Assembly (NCBI GenBank): GCA_040285855.1
Contig: JAUFOQ010000003.1
Span: forward strand, 434,001 to 498,000
DNA: 64,000 bases
Direction of reading: 5' to 3'
Source of the DNA: Eukaryota sp. GEM-RC1
Taxonomy: Eukaryota
The notes below the pieces were generated by a model. That model saw nothing but the letters and a program-made list of their open reading frames with translations. It did no database searches and had not been told where the DNA came from. This document shows, piece after piece, positions 47,650-59,215 of this stretch (positions are counted from its first letter, which is position 1; every line of letters begins with the position of its first letter). A program made the translations under genes and the position numbers.

Positions 47650-49078
47650 ATGGACCCTTTTGTCATTATAATAGCTGTTGTTGTTGTTCTGCTACTCATT
47701 GTTGTAAATTACCGCATTCTTCTCTTCTTTGAACATCCAGATGACAAGGGAACTTCATGGTGGGCAAAAACCCTGATCCAGCTGTCATTTCTTCTAGCAG
47801 AAGTTACAGTTCTCCTACTGCCTTTAGATATAGTCAATGCCAGAAACCCCTTTCTTCCCATGGACATGATTTGGCAAATCATATTCCTCTCAGTCCTCAT
47901 CTTTGCTTCCTTTATAATCCCATTCTCTCTGTTCTGGTACGAATCCATAGATGAATTTGGCAAGTCTCATCCTTTCAAGTCTTTTTGTTTCGTTATAACC
48001 GTCTTCTTCTTCCTTGCTTTTGCTGTCTTTGTCTTATACGCTTTCTTTGGATTCGCTGAAGTTCCCATCACAGTGCTTACTTCCTCTCTCACCACCTCCA
48101 CTGAAGACTGCCCGTGTGTCAATTGCGTGGCTGATTCTTCCCACTCAATGGTCATCCCAGTTACTTTCCCTGTCTACATCATTGCTTGTTTTACTCTCCT
48201 CGGTTGGCTCTTGTTTGTCCTCTTCGGATCTGTTGGAATAGCTGCTCTACCTCTTGATCTCTTAAACTCCTTTAGAAAACGGCCTAGAAAGCTGGTCTTT
48301 AGGCAGTACGCTGAGATGAAGGCCCAGATTGCTGATAGAGCTACTAGGTTGTATGAGATTGGATCGGCGTTGAACCAAGATGTTGAAGTGTCTTCAGATA
48401 AGTCAAAGAAAAGTTTGAAAATTTTAAATAAGTTCAAACAGCAAGTTATTCTCTTAGAACAGGAGCTTCGACATCTTCAAATTGCCGGTGACAAAATACA
48501 ATATTCACCTTTTAAATATTGGTTCAACCTCGTTGTTGCTCTATGTGGGTTAGTCGTATCAGTATCATGGGCTGTACACATCTTTCTCTATTTGATCCCT
48601 TCTCAACCAATCCATCCCTTTTGAACTCTTTCCTATTGTATTTTGATCAACGATTTGGATTGATTTCGGTCTGTTTGTACTCGTTTTTGTCGTTTTATCT
48701 ACTTTTATGTGTTTATAAGGGTACTTTCAAGGTAGGTTTTAGGTTGTTTTTAATTCCGTTACATCCAATGGAAGCAGGCAATACTTTGGCTAACTCCTTT
48801 TGTTTAATATCATTCTAATTCTAACATGTTTGTTCCCCGTATTACAGTTTTGTGTTGTTTCTTTTAGAGACTATGCCCGTTTAACTTCAGTTTCAACTCT
48901 GTTCGGTGTAGCTTTTAGGTATTTGTACGGTTTTCATTACTTCTGGGATTACTATCTTTATGCTTTGTTAGGATTATCTGTAGTGTCGTTTTTGATCTTC
49001 CTTTTATTCCCAGGAAAGAAGAATAATGATTTTTTAAAAGAATTGGAGGGTTCATTTAAGGAGATGAATCAAATGTAA
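47650..49078 (+). CDS. LMBR1-domain membrane protein (frameshifts near 48620 and 48798)
   Basis: HPDDKG..WWAK, VLLLPLDIVN, IIPFSLFWYE, FPVYIIA, GSVGIAALPLDL..F.KRP, LIPLHPM..GNTL.NSF. Confidence 0.88.
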
Positions 49079-49856
49079 CTGAAATAAATTTGTTATTTGG
49101 ATTGAAAACAATTGTTTGTTAAATATTTTAGTGTTAGTAAGGTAACTAACTTCGTATTTGTAGCTTTTCTTTTGCATTTGAAATACTGGTCGTCATTTCC
49201 TACTCAAGAACCTAGATTTTATGATCTTCATCTCAACAATGCATTTGTAGAACAAAGAAGATCGAATTTCCGATCCGTTATGGTTAAAAATATTGTTTAA
49301 TTTTCTCTGTTCACTTTAAAAACCCAGTTTTAATAAGTCGATAATCCCTTAAGAACTGTGGTCTCGTTGATCAGTCACTTTCTATGTCTAGTGTCGTAGA
49401 TTTTGTTTTCATATTTATCTTTATCCTTTTCAGAACTTTTTCTAGAGATTTTAAATATTGATCCACTCATACATGTACGTTACATATTTGTTACAAAAAG
49501 AAGGCGAATATGTTTAGATCAAGTATTAAGAGATGGAAATTGTTCGATTATCACAAGGTACTGTAGTCTGGAAACTGTGATGTTGTAAAATAGGACTTCC
49601 GGAAACCACCAGATTCAAAAATTTTGGTTTGATTTATATCATTCATCAAAGTCCGACAGTAGTAGACCAATCAATTACTTCTGAGCTTTACTTTGCTGGT
49701 GGGATTTACATGGTCGTTATACACGGCACCTTTATATATTTGTCCTTTCCATTCTAGGTCTAGTTTATTAATATAAACAATTTTCTTGTCCCTTGAATTT
49801 TGATCTGGGCAACGTATACATACAGATACATAGTTACAAAGAGAATGAGAATATGT

Positions 49857-50193
49857 TTACTCACAAATATAGAGAAACTTTGCTTTAGATTTCTGGATGT
49901 CAGAAACCACAAGTTGTAGAAAGTGTGTTAGGATATGATCGTGTGATGAATCATCGAGCCATTGTTCAACTTCCTCGGCTTTGAGGTTACGAGAGCTGAA
50001 CCTGGACGACAGTTCGTGATCAAGGATCTTCTTAAACGAATCATCGGTCGAAGAGAAGGACTGTAGGGGGGAAAGAGAGGACATCATCTCCAGCTCTAAT
50101 GGAAGCTAGAAGGATGTTACTCTCTTTTTTCGGTATCAGAGCTGTGCAATTCACCAGATCTGGGATAACACAATAGAGGATTGACGAAGGCAT
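49857..50193 (-). CDS. Small hypothetical protein (probable frameshift at C-run near 50070)
   Basis: An ATG 50193 frame and the 49857-50087 frame overlap at a homopolymer; no recognisable motif. Confidence 0.3.
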
Positions 50194-50269
50194 GTGATAA
50201 GATCAGAATTGATTTTTTGTGAGTGCACAATCCTTGTAAAGTACACTACTGTACTCAATGCTTTACTTA

Positions 50270-50530
50270 TGCCCTTGTGCTGTTTCAATTTACGGACGTT
50301 TAGGAAAAAGTACACTGCATTTTGTAAACGATTTCAGAAAATCGTAAAAAATAGGACGGACAAACGTTTCGATCTTATGTTATGGTTGAATCGCATCGTT
50401 TTAACTGTTTTTAAAACAAGTCCCCCAATCACTCCAAAGCTTTATTAGCAGTGAGTTCCTTTTATGAGGACAAAGCTGTTGTAAGATTTGATAGCGACGG
50501 GTGTTGCTTTAATGATATCAAATTTTAGTT
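50270..50530 (+). mobile_element. 3' fragment of CRE-like element
   Basis: KRFDLMLWLNRIVLTVFK matches the ends of the other copies; a similar tail flanks the hAT element at 25363-25980. Confidence 0.65.
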
Positions 50531-50761
50531 GTTTAGTTCATTACATTTAGAACAAATTATGTTATTTTTCGCACTAAATATTTTAAATGTTCTTATGATA
50601 GGGCCTGTTGACAAATGAGTATGATATCTTGGACTATTACTGTTCATATTGCCATAGCTTGGCTGTTATAATGTACTACCAGTCATGCTATTTGATTCTC
50701 CAGTTATTATTTTCTTGATCATCAGTTTTCCATTCATGTCTGCTCCGTCTTTGGCTACAAC

Positions 50762-52401
50762 ATGACAGCTGATTCTGCCCTTACTGATGCTCTTAATGCA
50801 ATAGAGAATCTTCATCTATTTGCTACCGATATTCGTTCAAAAACCCCATCACCATCACCATCGCCTACACAATCTGATTTTCCACACTATATTCCTGACT
50901 CACCTCAAACTCACTGCCTCATAGCTACTCTTCCTCCACCAGATCTACCACCTCCAGCACCTCCTCTAGAATATTGTACTTCTCCATCTCCAGAATCACC
51001 ACCCCCATCTTCTCTGAATCCTCTTCTGATGAATCTGATTGTCCTTCCTTCGCCTCCTCAATCTCTCTTCCTTCTTTCATCCGTTCTCTTCCCCCTAGGT
51101 CTTGCTCAGAGCCCATTTGTGATTCCCCACCTCTCCTTCGCCGTACTTCCTCCTGCAGATTCTCATGTCGTTCCTTCTCGGTCTCCTCGCGTTCTGGTTC
51201 AACCTTTTATCTAGTCTCAGAGGACATGTTAATTGACCATCTCACCAGCTCATCCAATCCAGACTTTCGTGACATTAACATCTTCTTCTACTCCCTCCCA
51301 GTCTCAATACCCATTCACAGGTTCTTCGAACTAGTTGTCCTGAGGATAAGATCTGTCTGTGTTAATGGGACTGAGTTTGTCTTCAATAATACTACAAAGT
51401 CTGTTGTTTTACGTTGTTTTAATTTAATGATAATGTGGATACGTGATTATTATGATCCTTTGATTGTTGAGTTGAATTTGGAAGATATTATAGATGTTGT
51501 GGCGGATCTATTAGATATTGCACATTTCTTCAATTTGGAAAGTATATCTAATCAATTAAAGCAGTTTTGTGGATCATTTATCAATAATTCCAAAGTTTCT
51601 CCTTCAAAGTCATCCATCCACCTCAATCAATCAAAGTTGATTGATCCCAGGGTCAGAATGATTCAGTTTTCTACTTTTATTCTTTCATTAAAGTCGACTA
51701 CTGAATTCTGTCGACATGCAGCTACCAGAATCAGTGGAACTGCAATTGATTTAACTGAAGGATTACCACCTAAGTATCTGCTGTTCATTGCTCACTTACG
51801 ATCACATAATTTAGATTTATTTAAAAGATCATCTTTTTCTAAATTAGTCGCTTCTTTTGATAATTTTGCGTATTGGGTACCGAAGTTCATTGGATTTCAT
51901 GACAAACGGTACCAAAAGAAGATATTTTTGTTTATTGTTTCTCTTCTTTTTGAGCTTGAAAAATGTAGGAATTATCATAATCTACTCGCCATTGTAACAG
52001 GATTAAGAACATGGTTAAAAACTCATGATAAATTTTTAAAATATTTATCAAAAGAAAATCGACTTCGACTTCAACAAATTCTATCTCTAATGGATGTTGG
52101 AAAGAACTTTGGCAATCAACGTAAGTTATTGATTGACCTGCAGAGCTGTTATCCTTCTATTTGCATTGTTCCTTGGATAGGTCTATTCCTAAATGATTTG
52201 TTGTTTGTTCTGATATCTAAAGGAGGACATGAAGAACCAGGGGTGTTGAACTTCTCCAAGTATGATAAGGCTTACTCAATTGTTGAGAAATTTGAAAATT
52301 TGTTTAATGGAAGTGCTGCTTTTAAAATCCAGGATTGTGATGTACCAGAGTTGGAGTATTTTGATTCTTTTTTGGATGATGCTTTTATGAAGAATATTTA
52401 A
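50762..52401 (+). CDS. Divergent RasGEF (REM + CDC25-like) with Pro/Ser-rich N-terminus (frameshift near 51000)
   Basis: LRCFNLMIMWIRDY (REM), FDNFAYWV, RNYHNLLAIVTGL, VPWIGLFLNDL, LNFSKY. Confidence 0.78.
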
Positions 52402-52749
52402 TTTTTTTGCGTTTTGTTATTAATTTATTTGTATGTTAGCATTGTGTTTTAGAATCATTTTCCATTGTTTTTGTTGTATTTTGTATTTTGAAACGGAGTG
52501 ATTTCTTGATGACGTCATCAATAATTGTTTCGGGTGGGATTCAGGATAAGTGTTAATTCTGGATTATAAATTGTTCACTCCCTTAATAATTACTCTTTAA
52601 TGAAGTTCTTTTGTTGAGACAGACTGAAACAACTACACCATCTCATGGTCATGTAACTAATCAATTTCAACACAGAAATCAAGAAAAACTTTGATCTTCA
52701 AGTAACCTACATATCGATAAGTGAAATTTGGCAAAAACCTTTCCTCTTA

Positions 52750-53394
52750 ATGGAAATAAGTGAAGATGGCTCCCTTGCTCATTTCAAGAATCTGACACCT
52801 CTAGAACTTAATCCACCTGGATGTTTATACAAAGATGAAGAAGCTCCATATCTTCGCTCGACAACAGCCAAAGAACAACTTGCCGCAATTGTTATCCAAC
52901 GAGCGTTTCGTAGATTCCGATGTCTACAACGCTTCAGTTTCATCAATGATCCCTTTGAATATGATCGATGTAGTTGTGCTGCTGTCATCATTCAGAAGGC
53001 TATCAGAGCCCATCGTGAACGTTCTTTTATACACTCTACTATTTTTGAAATGGACTCCATCCAAACTCCAGATCCTCCATTAATTCTCTCCACCGACGAT
53101 TTCTCTCCTTGTTTACGTCCTGTGGCTGAAGAATCAGCAGTTCCACCGTCTGTTCCGTCTCCTACTCCCCCAGTTAGTCCACATAACCTCAGTGTTGAAC
53201 TAACTTCACCCACTGAAACTCCTAACCTTTCTGTTAGTCCAGACATCATTCCTTCTGATCTCCCTGTTGAAACTGACCCTCCGCCTAGAAAGAGCTGGTT
53301 CAAACGAGTTTTTTGTTGTGCAGGTGATATCGAAAGTAGAGAAGGACAAGATGTGCATGTAGATGAAAGGAATCTTACTTCTTACCTAAATTAA
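52750..53394 (+). CDS. IQ-motif protein
   Basis: AAIVIQRAFRRFR and AAVIIQKAIRAHR. Confidence 0.75.
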   Translation: MEISEDGSLAHFKNLTPLELNPPGCLYKDEEAPYLRSTTAKEQLAAIVIQRAFRRFRCLQRFSFINDPFEYDRCSCAAVIIQKAIRAHRERSFIHSTIFEMDSIQTPDPPLILSTDDFSPCLRPVAEESAVPPSVPSPTPPVSPHNLSVELTSPTETPNLSVSPDIIPSDLPVETDPPPRKSWFKRVFCCAGDIESREGQDVHVDERNLTSYLN

Positions 53395-53848
53395 CGTCAC
53401 TGACGTTATTCAAGTAGTGACACTTCGCTATCCAATTGGTAGTCCAGCAGTTCTCATTGAATTGAATAATTAAGGATGGGGAATCCATGATAATTGTCTA
53501 CTTCCAATGAAGTTCACTTCAAAACTGCGTTGACCACCAGTTGTATTAGATGTGTGTGGTTCATATTTGTAAATTTAGAGATGTACATTGTACTAGTAAT
53601 TAATTTTGTATTTGTGTAAACTGTAACAATTATTAAATTAAACTTATACATCTACATGTATATGTACTTTTAAACTTGTTCCAGGTACATGCATAAGGAA
53701 TTATTCAGCACAACTACTATTTAAAGAAACATCTTCAAACCGAGCTTTTAGAAGCCCCCCACTAAACGGGGGGCTTATACGGTTGAGTCAAGGTGCAACT
53801 ATTTCCTAATCTATTTATGTTTATAAGTTCTTTAAATGAACACACCTA

Positions 53849-54419
53849 CACTGTAGGGAAACATTTAGTCTCACTGAGACTAATTTTGTACTCGAGATTA
53901 TATTTAGCCATCCCAAAATTAGTCTCAACAAATCTCAGTGAGACTAATTTTGCACAAATAGTTGAAGTGTTAAATTAGACTTCATTACTCAGACTTGCAT
54001 ATAACATACATGTGATCATCATCATTTAGGCTCCAATCAATTAGTCACCCTCAACTTATGATACCACGCTTCTTTCTTGATATTCAACAGACGGAATTTG
54101 GATTTGAACTCGTTTAAATGACTGTCGAACTGTATCGGAAGTCAATGTTACTGAAAACATCAGTATATTGGTGTATTCCTGATCACAAATAGAATAATAT
54201 GAGATCTAGATTCAATTGTATACAATTTAAATGTACAGAGGTAAATCACTCCAGCTGTTTGTTGTTAGTACTGTAAGTCTATGAACTGTAAACAACAGGT
54301 AAATTCAAGAAAAAGTTGTTGTATTTGGAAATTGTAGGACAAATATAGTGTCCCTAGAGCACTTTTCAAAATGAGTAAGACAAAATTAGTCTCAGTGAGA
54401 CTAATTGTTTCCTAGAGTG
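53849..54419. mobile_element. TA-flanked MITE (571 bp)
   Basis: TA|cactgtagggaaacatttagtctcactgagactaattttgt ... acaaaattagtctcagtgagactaattgtttcctagagtg|TA. Confidence 0.82.
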
Positions 54420-54794
54420 TAGATACACAAACACAGTGCTCTAAATATAAACACTTTCTCTTTGTGAACATTGCTGCTGTCTAGGAACTACTTGACAAAA
54501 CAGACATACACAGATTGTAAGCATTCGTTGGTTTACATGATGACTGCCCCGATGTGGTTTATTTTGAGTGCTTCCCCAATGTTTACAACCAAAATGTTCT
54601 CTTTGTTATCAGCTCGACATCAGTTGATTGCAGTTTGGTCAGGTGTAGACAAAGACACGTGTTGTGTTGTTTTGGTGAAGGACAGAAGGATAATAGTTTA
54701 GATACATTAGTTAGTGTATGTTAGTTATTACTTTTGCAAAAGCATATATTTCACTAATTGATCATAAACCCCGTTTCTTTGTGTTGTGCTGTTA

Positions 54795-57226
54795 TTACAA
54801 CAAACCTCCTCTGTCTAGGAAATCTAAAGGATAACACTTACCCGATTCTTTCTTTTCCTCCTGCCAATACCTCTTCTTTTTTAAGTCCTTGAACGGTTTT
54901 GACCCATAGCAATCAATAAGTTCATCAATTGCATCACTGTTATTCAATTGTGCTGATCTTTGAAGCAATTCAAAGCCTTTAATATGATTTTGTTCTAGTC
55001 CAGAAATAGATCCATCAATATGGGCTTTACCCACGAAACCCATCGCAAAAGCACAGCCACCATCAACAGCCATTTGAAGATACTGAATTCCCATTTTGGT
55101 GTTCTTTTGTACGCATATGCCCTCAGAATACAAATATCCCATGGCAAACTGGCATAAAGGATTCCCCATGTCAGCAGCAGATTTTGCAGATTTAATTATT
55201 GATTCTTCAAAATTTTGAGATTCAGCGTAATACCCACATGACAACGCCGACGCGTCAGAATTATTTAAATCTGCTGCTTTTTTCAACCACTTAAGTGACT
55301 CTGCAATGTTTTTTCTTACACCCTCGCCCTCACCATAACACAATCCTATATTTAACATACCAAAAACATTCCCTAATTCAGCAGATTTTTTAAAATATTC
55401 CACTGCTTTTTCAAGATTTTTTCAACACCCAAACCTAAATAATAACAGCTTCCTAATTTGAAAATTGATTCACTGTGATGTAAAAGAGCCGCTTCTTCAA
55501 ATAAACCTGTAGCAATTTTACAATTTTGATTAACGACATTTTCAGTTAAAAAATCTAGACCCGATTCAAACAATCGTTTAGCTCTTTCCTCTATCGGATC
55601 AGCAAGACCCATGAAGACTTTGAGCTGATCTTCACGTGACAGCAATAAATCAAGTGAATTCTTTGCTATAAAATTATTAATGAACAACTTCAGTAAATCG
55701 TCACGACTTAAATCTTGTAAGATTTTTTAAAAATTCAAGTTGGTTTACATCATTGACCCTAATAGATTCGACGCATTTGACAAAAGAATCTACTGACCAT
55801 GAATCAGTGAATTCTTCAGAATTCGTCCAAGAATGGACAAGACTTCTTGCTAACCATAAACAATAATCACAAGGAAGTTTTGAACAAAGCAGTTCAAGAC
55901 AAGTAGATGAGAAGAAAAGTTTGGGGTGATCGTCCAAAGAGTAGGGAGAAATAACAGAAGTGAAAATATCAGAAAGAAAACTTAAATGATTGGCAAAACA
56001 AAGATTTTGATCAACTCCACTTAAAATTGAAGAAAACCAGGATATTGTAATAATTTCAAGCTTCTCAATACCATGGAAAATCTTCACCGACCATTCGATA
56101 ATAATTGAATTAAACTGTGAGAATTGAAAAGAGGATTCAAAATTTCAAAAATTTGACAATATTTTGGATCCGAAATTACCGCCGTGGAGAGCATTTCAGA
56201 CGGGTGACAGGATCAACTTTGTGAAGTTCCATTAAACATATGAATAACCAAACAGGATCAATGAGTGGAAGTAGCAAAACTATAAAAGAATATCTTAATG
56301 AAATCGGTTGCTCGGAGATAAGGGAAAGACTTTTGAATATTTGAATATTGTTTTCAACGAAATTAAACTGATTCCTTTCATTTGAAATTTTCAATAAAGA
56401 AATCAATTCTGATTCACAAAAACTGTTGTTGGCAAGAAACTTCTCACATACCAACTTAAGTTCATCTACTTGGAAATAAACAGATAACTGGAAAAAATCT
56501 AGGACATTTGAAATATTCAATTCAATGGATTTACAATGGAACAAATCGAAAAACAATTAGAAATTGTTTTCCGCGACACCAAAAAACTCATCACAGTAGC
56601 TGAAATTCCGAACTGCAGAATCAGCAAAGTTACATGTAAAAGCAGTGGAAAAAGTCTTCGAGAATATTGCCAATATGAGAGAATTCATAATAATACCGGT
56701 GTTTTTGTACGAAACATGTACATCTCGGGAACCGGATTCTAAAAAGTTTGTAAAAACAACATTTGGATCAAATTTAAAAAAGTTTGTATTAAAATTATCA
56801 AACCCTTTTGTCATTCTCTCATTAACAAAATCGCTTAACTCCTGGATTTGAAGGAGGGAAACAATTAAGGAAAGTATAGGAGCAGATAGAGTTGTAACAG
56901 GAAGAGGTTGACCATAGAAAGATTTGAGTATTGAGATAAAAAGCTCAGGATCTGTGAGGAACGAGTATGAAGAGATTTCTATAGTAGAAGATTGAAGAAG
57001 CTTCTCCTTTAGAACGGGACTGAAAGAGATGACGGAAAAATGACAGTGGAAGTGGATTCCATCATATACAATGACAGTGTCAGTGAGTAGGGTTTTTTCT
57101 TGAAAGAAGAAAAAGCTTACTGCAGGCACAATCGAATGTGAAGCAGAAATCTAAAGAACATTGTTTTGAGAGTCTAGTCGATGGAGTAGGTTTAAGATGA
57201 GAGCCACTGACAGAAGTCATCACCAT
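54795..57226 (-). pseudogene. Tandem BTB/POZ + Sel1-repeat gene broken into at least 5 frames (pseudogene or assembly errors)
   Basis: TDTVIVYDGIHFHCH..S.VL and NVLDFFQLSVYFQVDELKLVCEKFL (BTB); LGSCYYLGLGVEK, IGLCYGEGEGVRKN, MGYLYSEGICVQKN (Sel1). Confidence 0.75.
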
Positions 57227-59116
57227 GGTGTTCCAAAATTGAATTTCGACAACTTTCATATTGTACTTGTCGCGTGGGTGAACCGGTTTTCAACGATTTT
57301 AAAGAGCTGTGTAAGGAGAAGACGTGTAGGTTTGGGGTGTTTGATTTCAAGAATCAACCGTAATTAGGACTGGTCCAAGTTCCGGCTCTAACTTTACTTC
57401 TAGTTTAGTTTTTGTTTTAGTTCTAGTGCGGTTCCGAAACGATCCGCAATGTGTTTTCAATTTAAACACTAAACTTTGATTTTCGAACGTTAACTGTCAC
57501 AACACTGCTTGATCCTCATAGAAGGGAATCCTCACTGCTAGTAGAACCTTGGATTCGATAAGGGAAACCGTTTTAGCACAGTAAGAACTGTACGCTTCAA
57601 CTTGAACCCTTCGCCATTGCACGTTAGGTAAATGCTTTTGAGAAACCTGTTTTGGGAACCGTCGTTTATTTTCTGTTGGAGACAACGACTACTACAAGTT
57701 AACCCTCTATAAATGTATATGCACACAAGCTTTACACACAAAAGGTGTGCAATTTGAGTCGTGACTTTGATTCAGACAACTTGTTGCGCCTATTAAAAAA
57801 AAGCCATAAAAGTGTTCCAGGTACATATATCCAGGTTTGACTGTATAATAAATGCCATATTTTTTACTTACAGGGTTGTTGGATCAGAAATTTGCAGATC
57901 TATCCGAGAATTGTTGTGAACGAACGCATATCTGTATTTTCGTTGACATTATACATACGATAATGCAAATTGGCAAAACTTACACTATGTGAAGCCTTTA
58001 TCTACGTGTCGTCGGGGTCCCAATACAAGCAACCTTAAATACTGTACAAGTATACCCTTAACTATGCTTGTATTGGAACCGTGCGTGTATTAGGGTCCTT
58101 TAAATCTCTGTTTTGTATATATATCATGACAAGATCACTAACATTGGAGTGAATACTCAATAACGTCAATCAGTTATATTTAAATTATGCGGATCAATCA
58201 CAACAGAAAGGTAGATCAATTAAACCAAAACAAACATCAAAATATGACACGTCTACAATTTCGTAATCAAACAAGGTTTTCCTTAATCTCGTAACCGTAA
58301 TGTTAACAGAAAAAATATTATTGCCGTCAAAATCGCGAAACTTCATTGGACATGTATCATTGTTTTCTAGACCATTAGTTATTCTTGAGTTACAGACTTG
58401 TCCATCAGGTGATTCAGTCTTCTTGCAAATTATATGGCTAAGGGCTGTCCAAACTAGTCAATAAAATCTATGACAAATTTCAATATGACTCGCTGTTGTT
58501 TTATATACTAGTATGTAGACCAGTATTTTGTAAACAAAACAGTGAGTTTAGTTTGAGAAACAATACAAGCATACCCTCTACTATGCATGTATTAGGATCT
58601 TGCTTGTTTTGGAACCTCGACGATAGCATTACTTTAGAATTTCTGCACCATTGTTGCAAGCTGATAAGTCATTCAATATAGTCCCTTTTTAGAAAGAATA
58701 TTTATGTTCAATGTCGCTCAAATCATCGATGTGTTTATATCTCTTTTCAGTTTAACCCAATGAGATGACGAGTATCTGTTCTTGAAAGAAGTTCCTTCGG
58801 GGTTTTCTTCTTCATGAACGATTATCTATGTACAAAATGTGGTTAGGTTAGTTTGTTTGATGAACTGAGCTGAACTAATTAACAATACTAGTATATTTTT
58901 TTGATCTAAACTACATAGAGCAAACAGTCTGTTTGAAACATACGTGAGTTCATTTTCGGTTGTTTTTTCGTTTTTTAAGTTGATGTATAGATATGGTGAT
59001 TCCATTTTGACGAAGTTGTTTGGCGGTAACTAAATCTAATAACTAACTAATTCGTTTGAATTTTTCTTTTAACAGTCTTTTGTTGAATACTTTGAGACTG
59101 ACTAAAATGACATCTA

Positions 59117-59190
59117 CAGTTTGCCCTCCCAATATGACCAGGGTCGGACCAGACTTATTGGGAGGGTGGTCATAATGGGAGGGCAGACGG
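59117..59190. mobile_element. 74-bp TA-flanked MITE (pogo/Tc1-like ends)
   Basis: TA|cagtttgccctcccaatatgacca ... tggtcataatgggagggcagacgg|TA; a related end ta|cagtctaacctcccgatatgacca is at 31521. Confidence 0.7.
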
Positions 59191-59215
59191 TATCCACACA
59201 ACATTGACTAAATTC

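Noticed and set aside
5504..49078. Stop-codon reassignment explaining split genes
   Set aside because: The breaks change frame rather than being in-frame stops; TAA, TAG and TGA all end intact genes, and both tRNAs have standard anticodons.
53752..53776. aagcccccc-actaaac-ggggggctt hairpin as a Helitron end or terminator
   Set aside because: No convincing CTRR terminus at the expected distance and no Rep/helicase nearby.
54560..54620. FTTK/CSLC as a third TnpB/Fanzor zinc-finger remnant
   Set aside because: It needs a frameshift, lacks the preceding DE, and has no flanking RuvC motifs.
58016..58080. 16-bp inverted repeat as an ncRNA
   Set aside because: No family features; more likely MITE debris, and no TSD identified.
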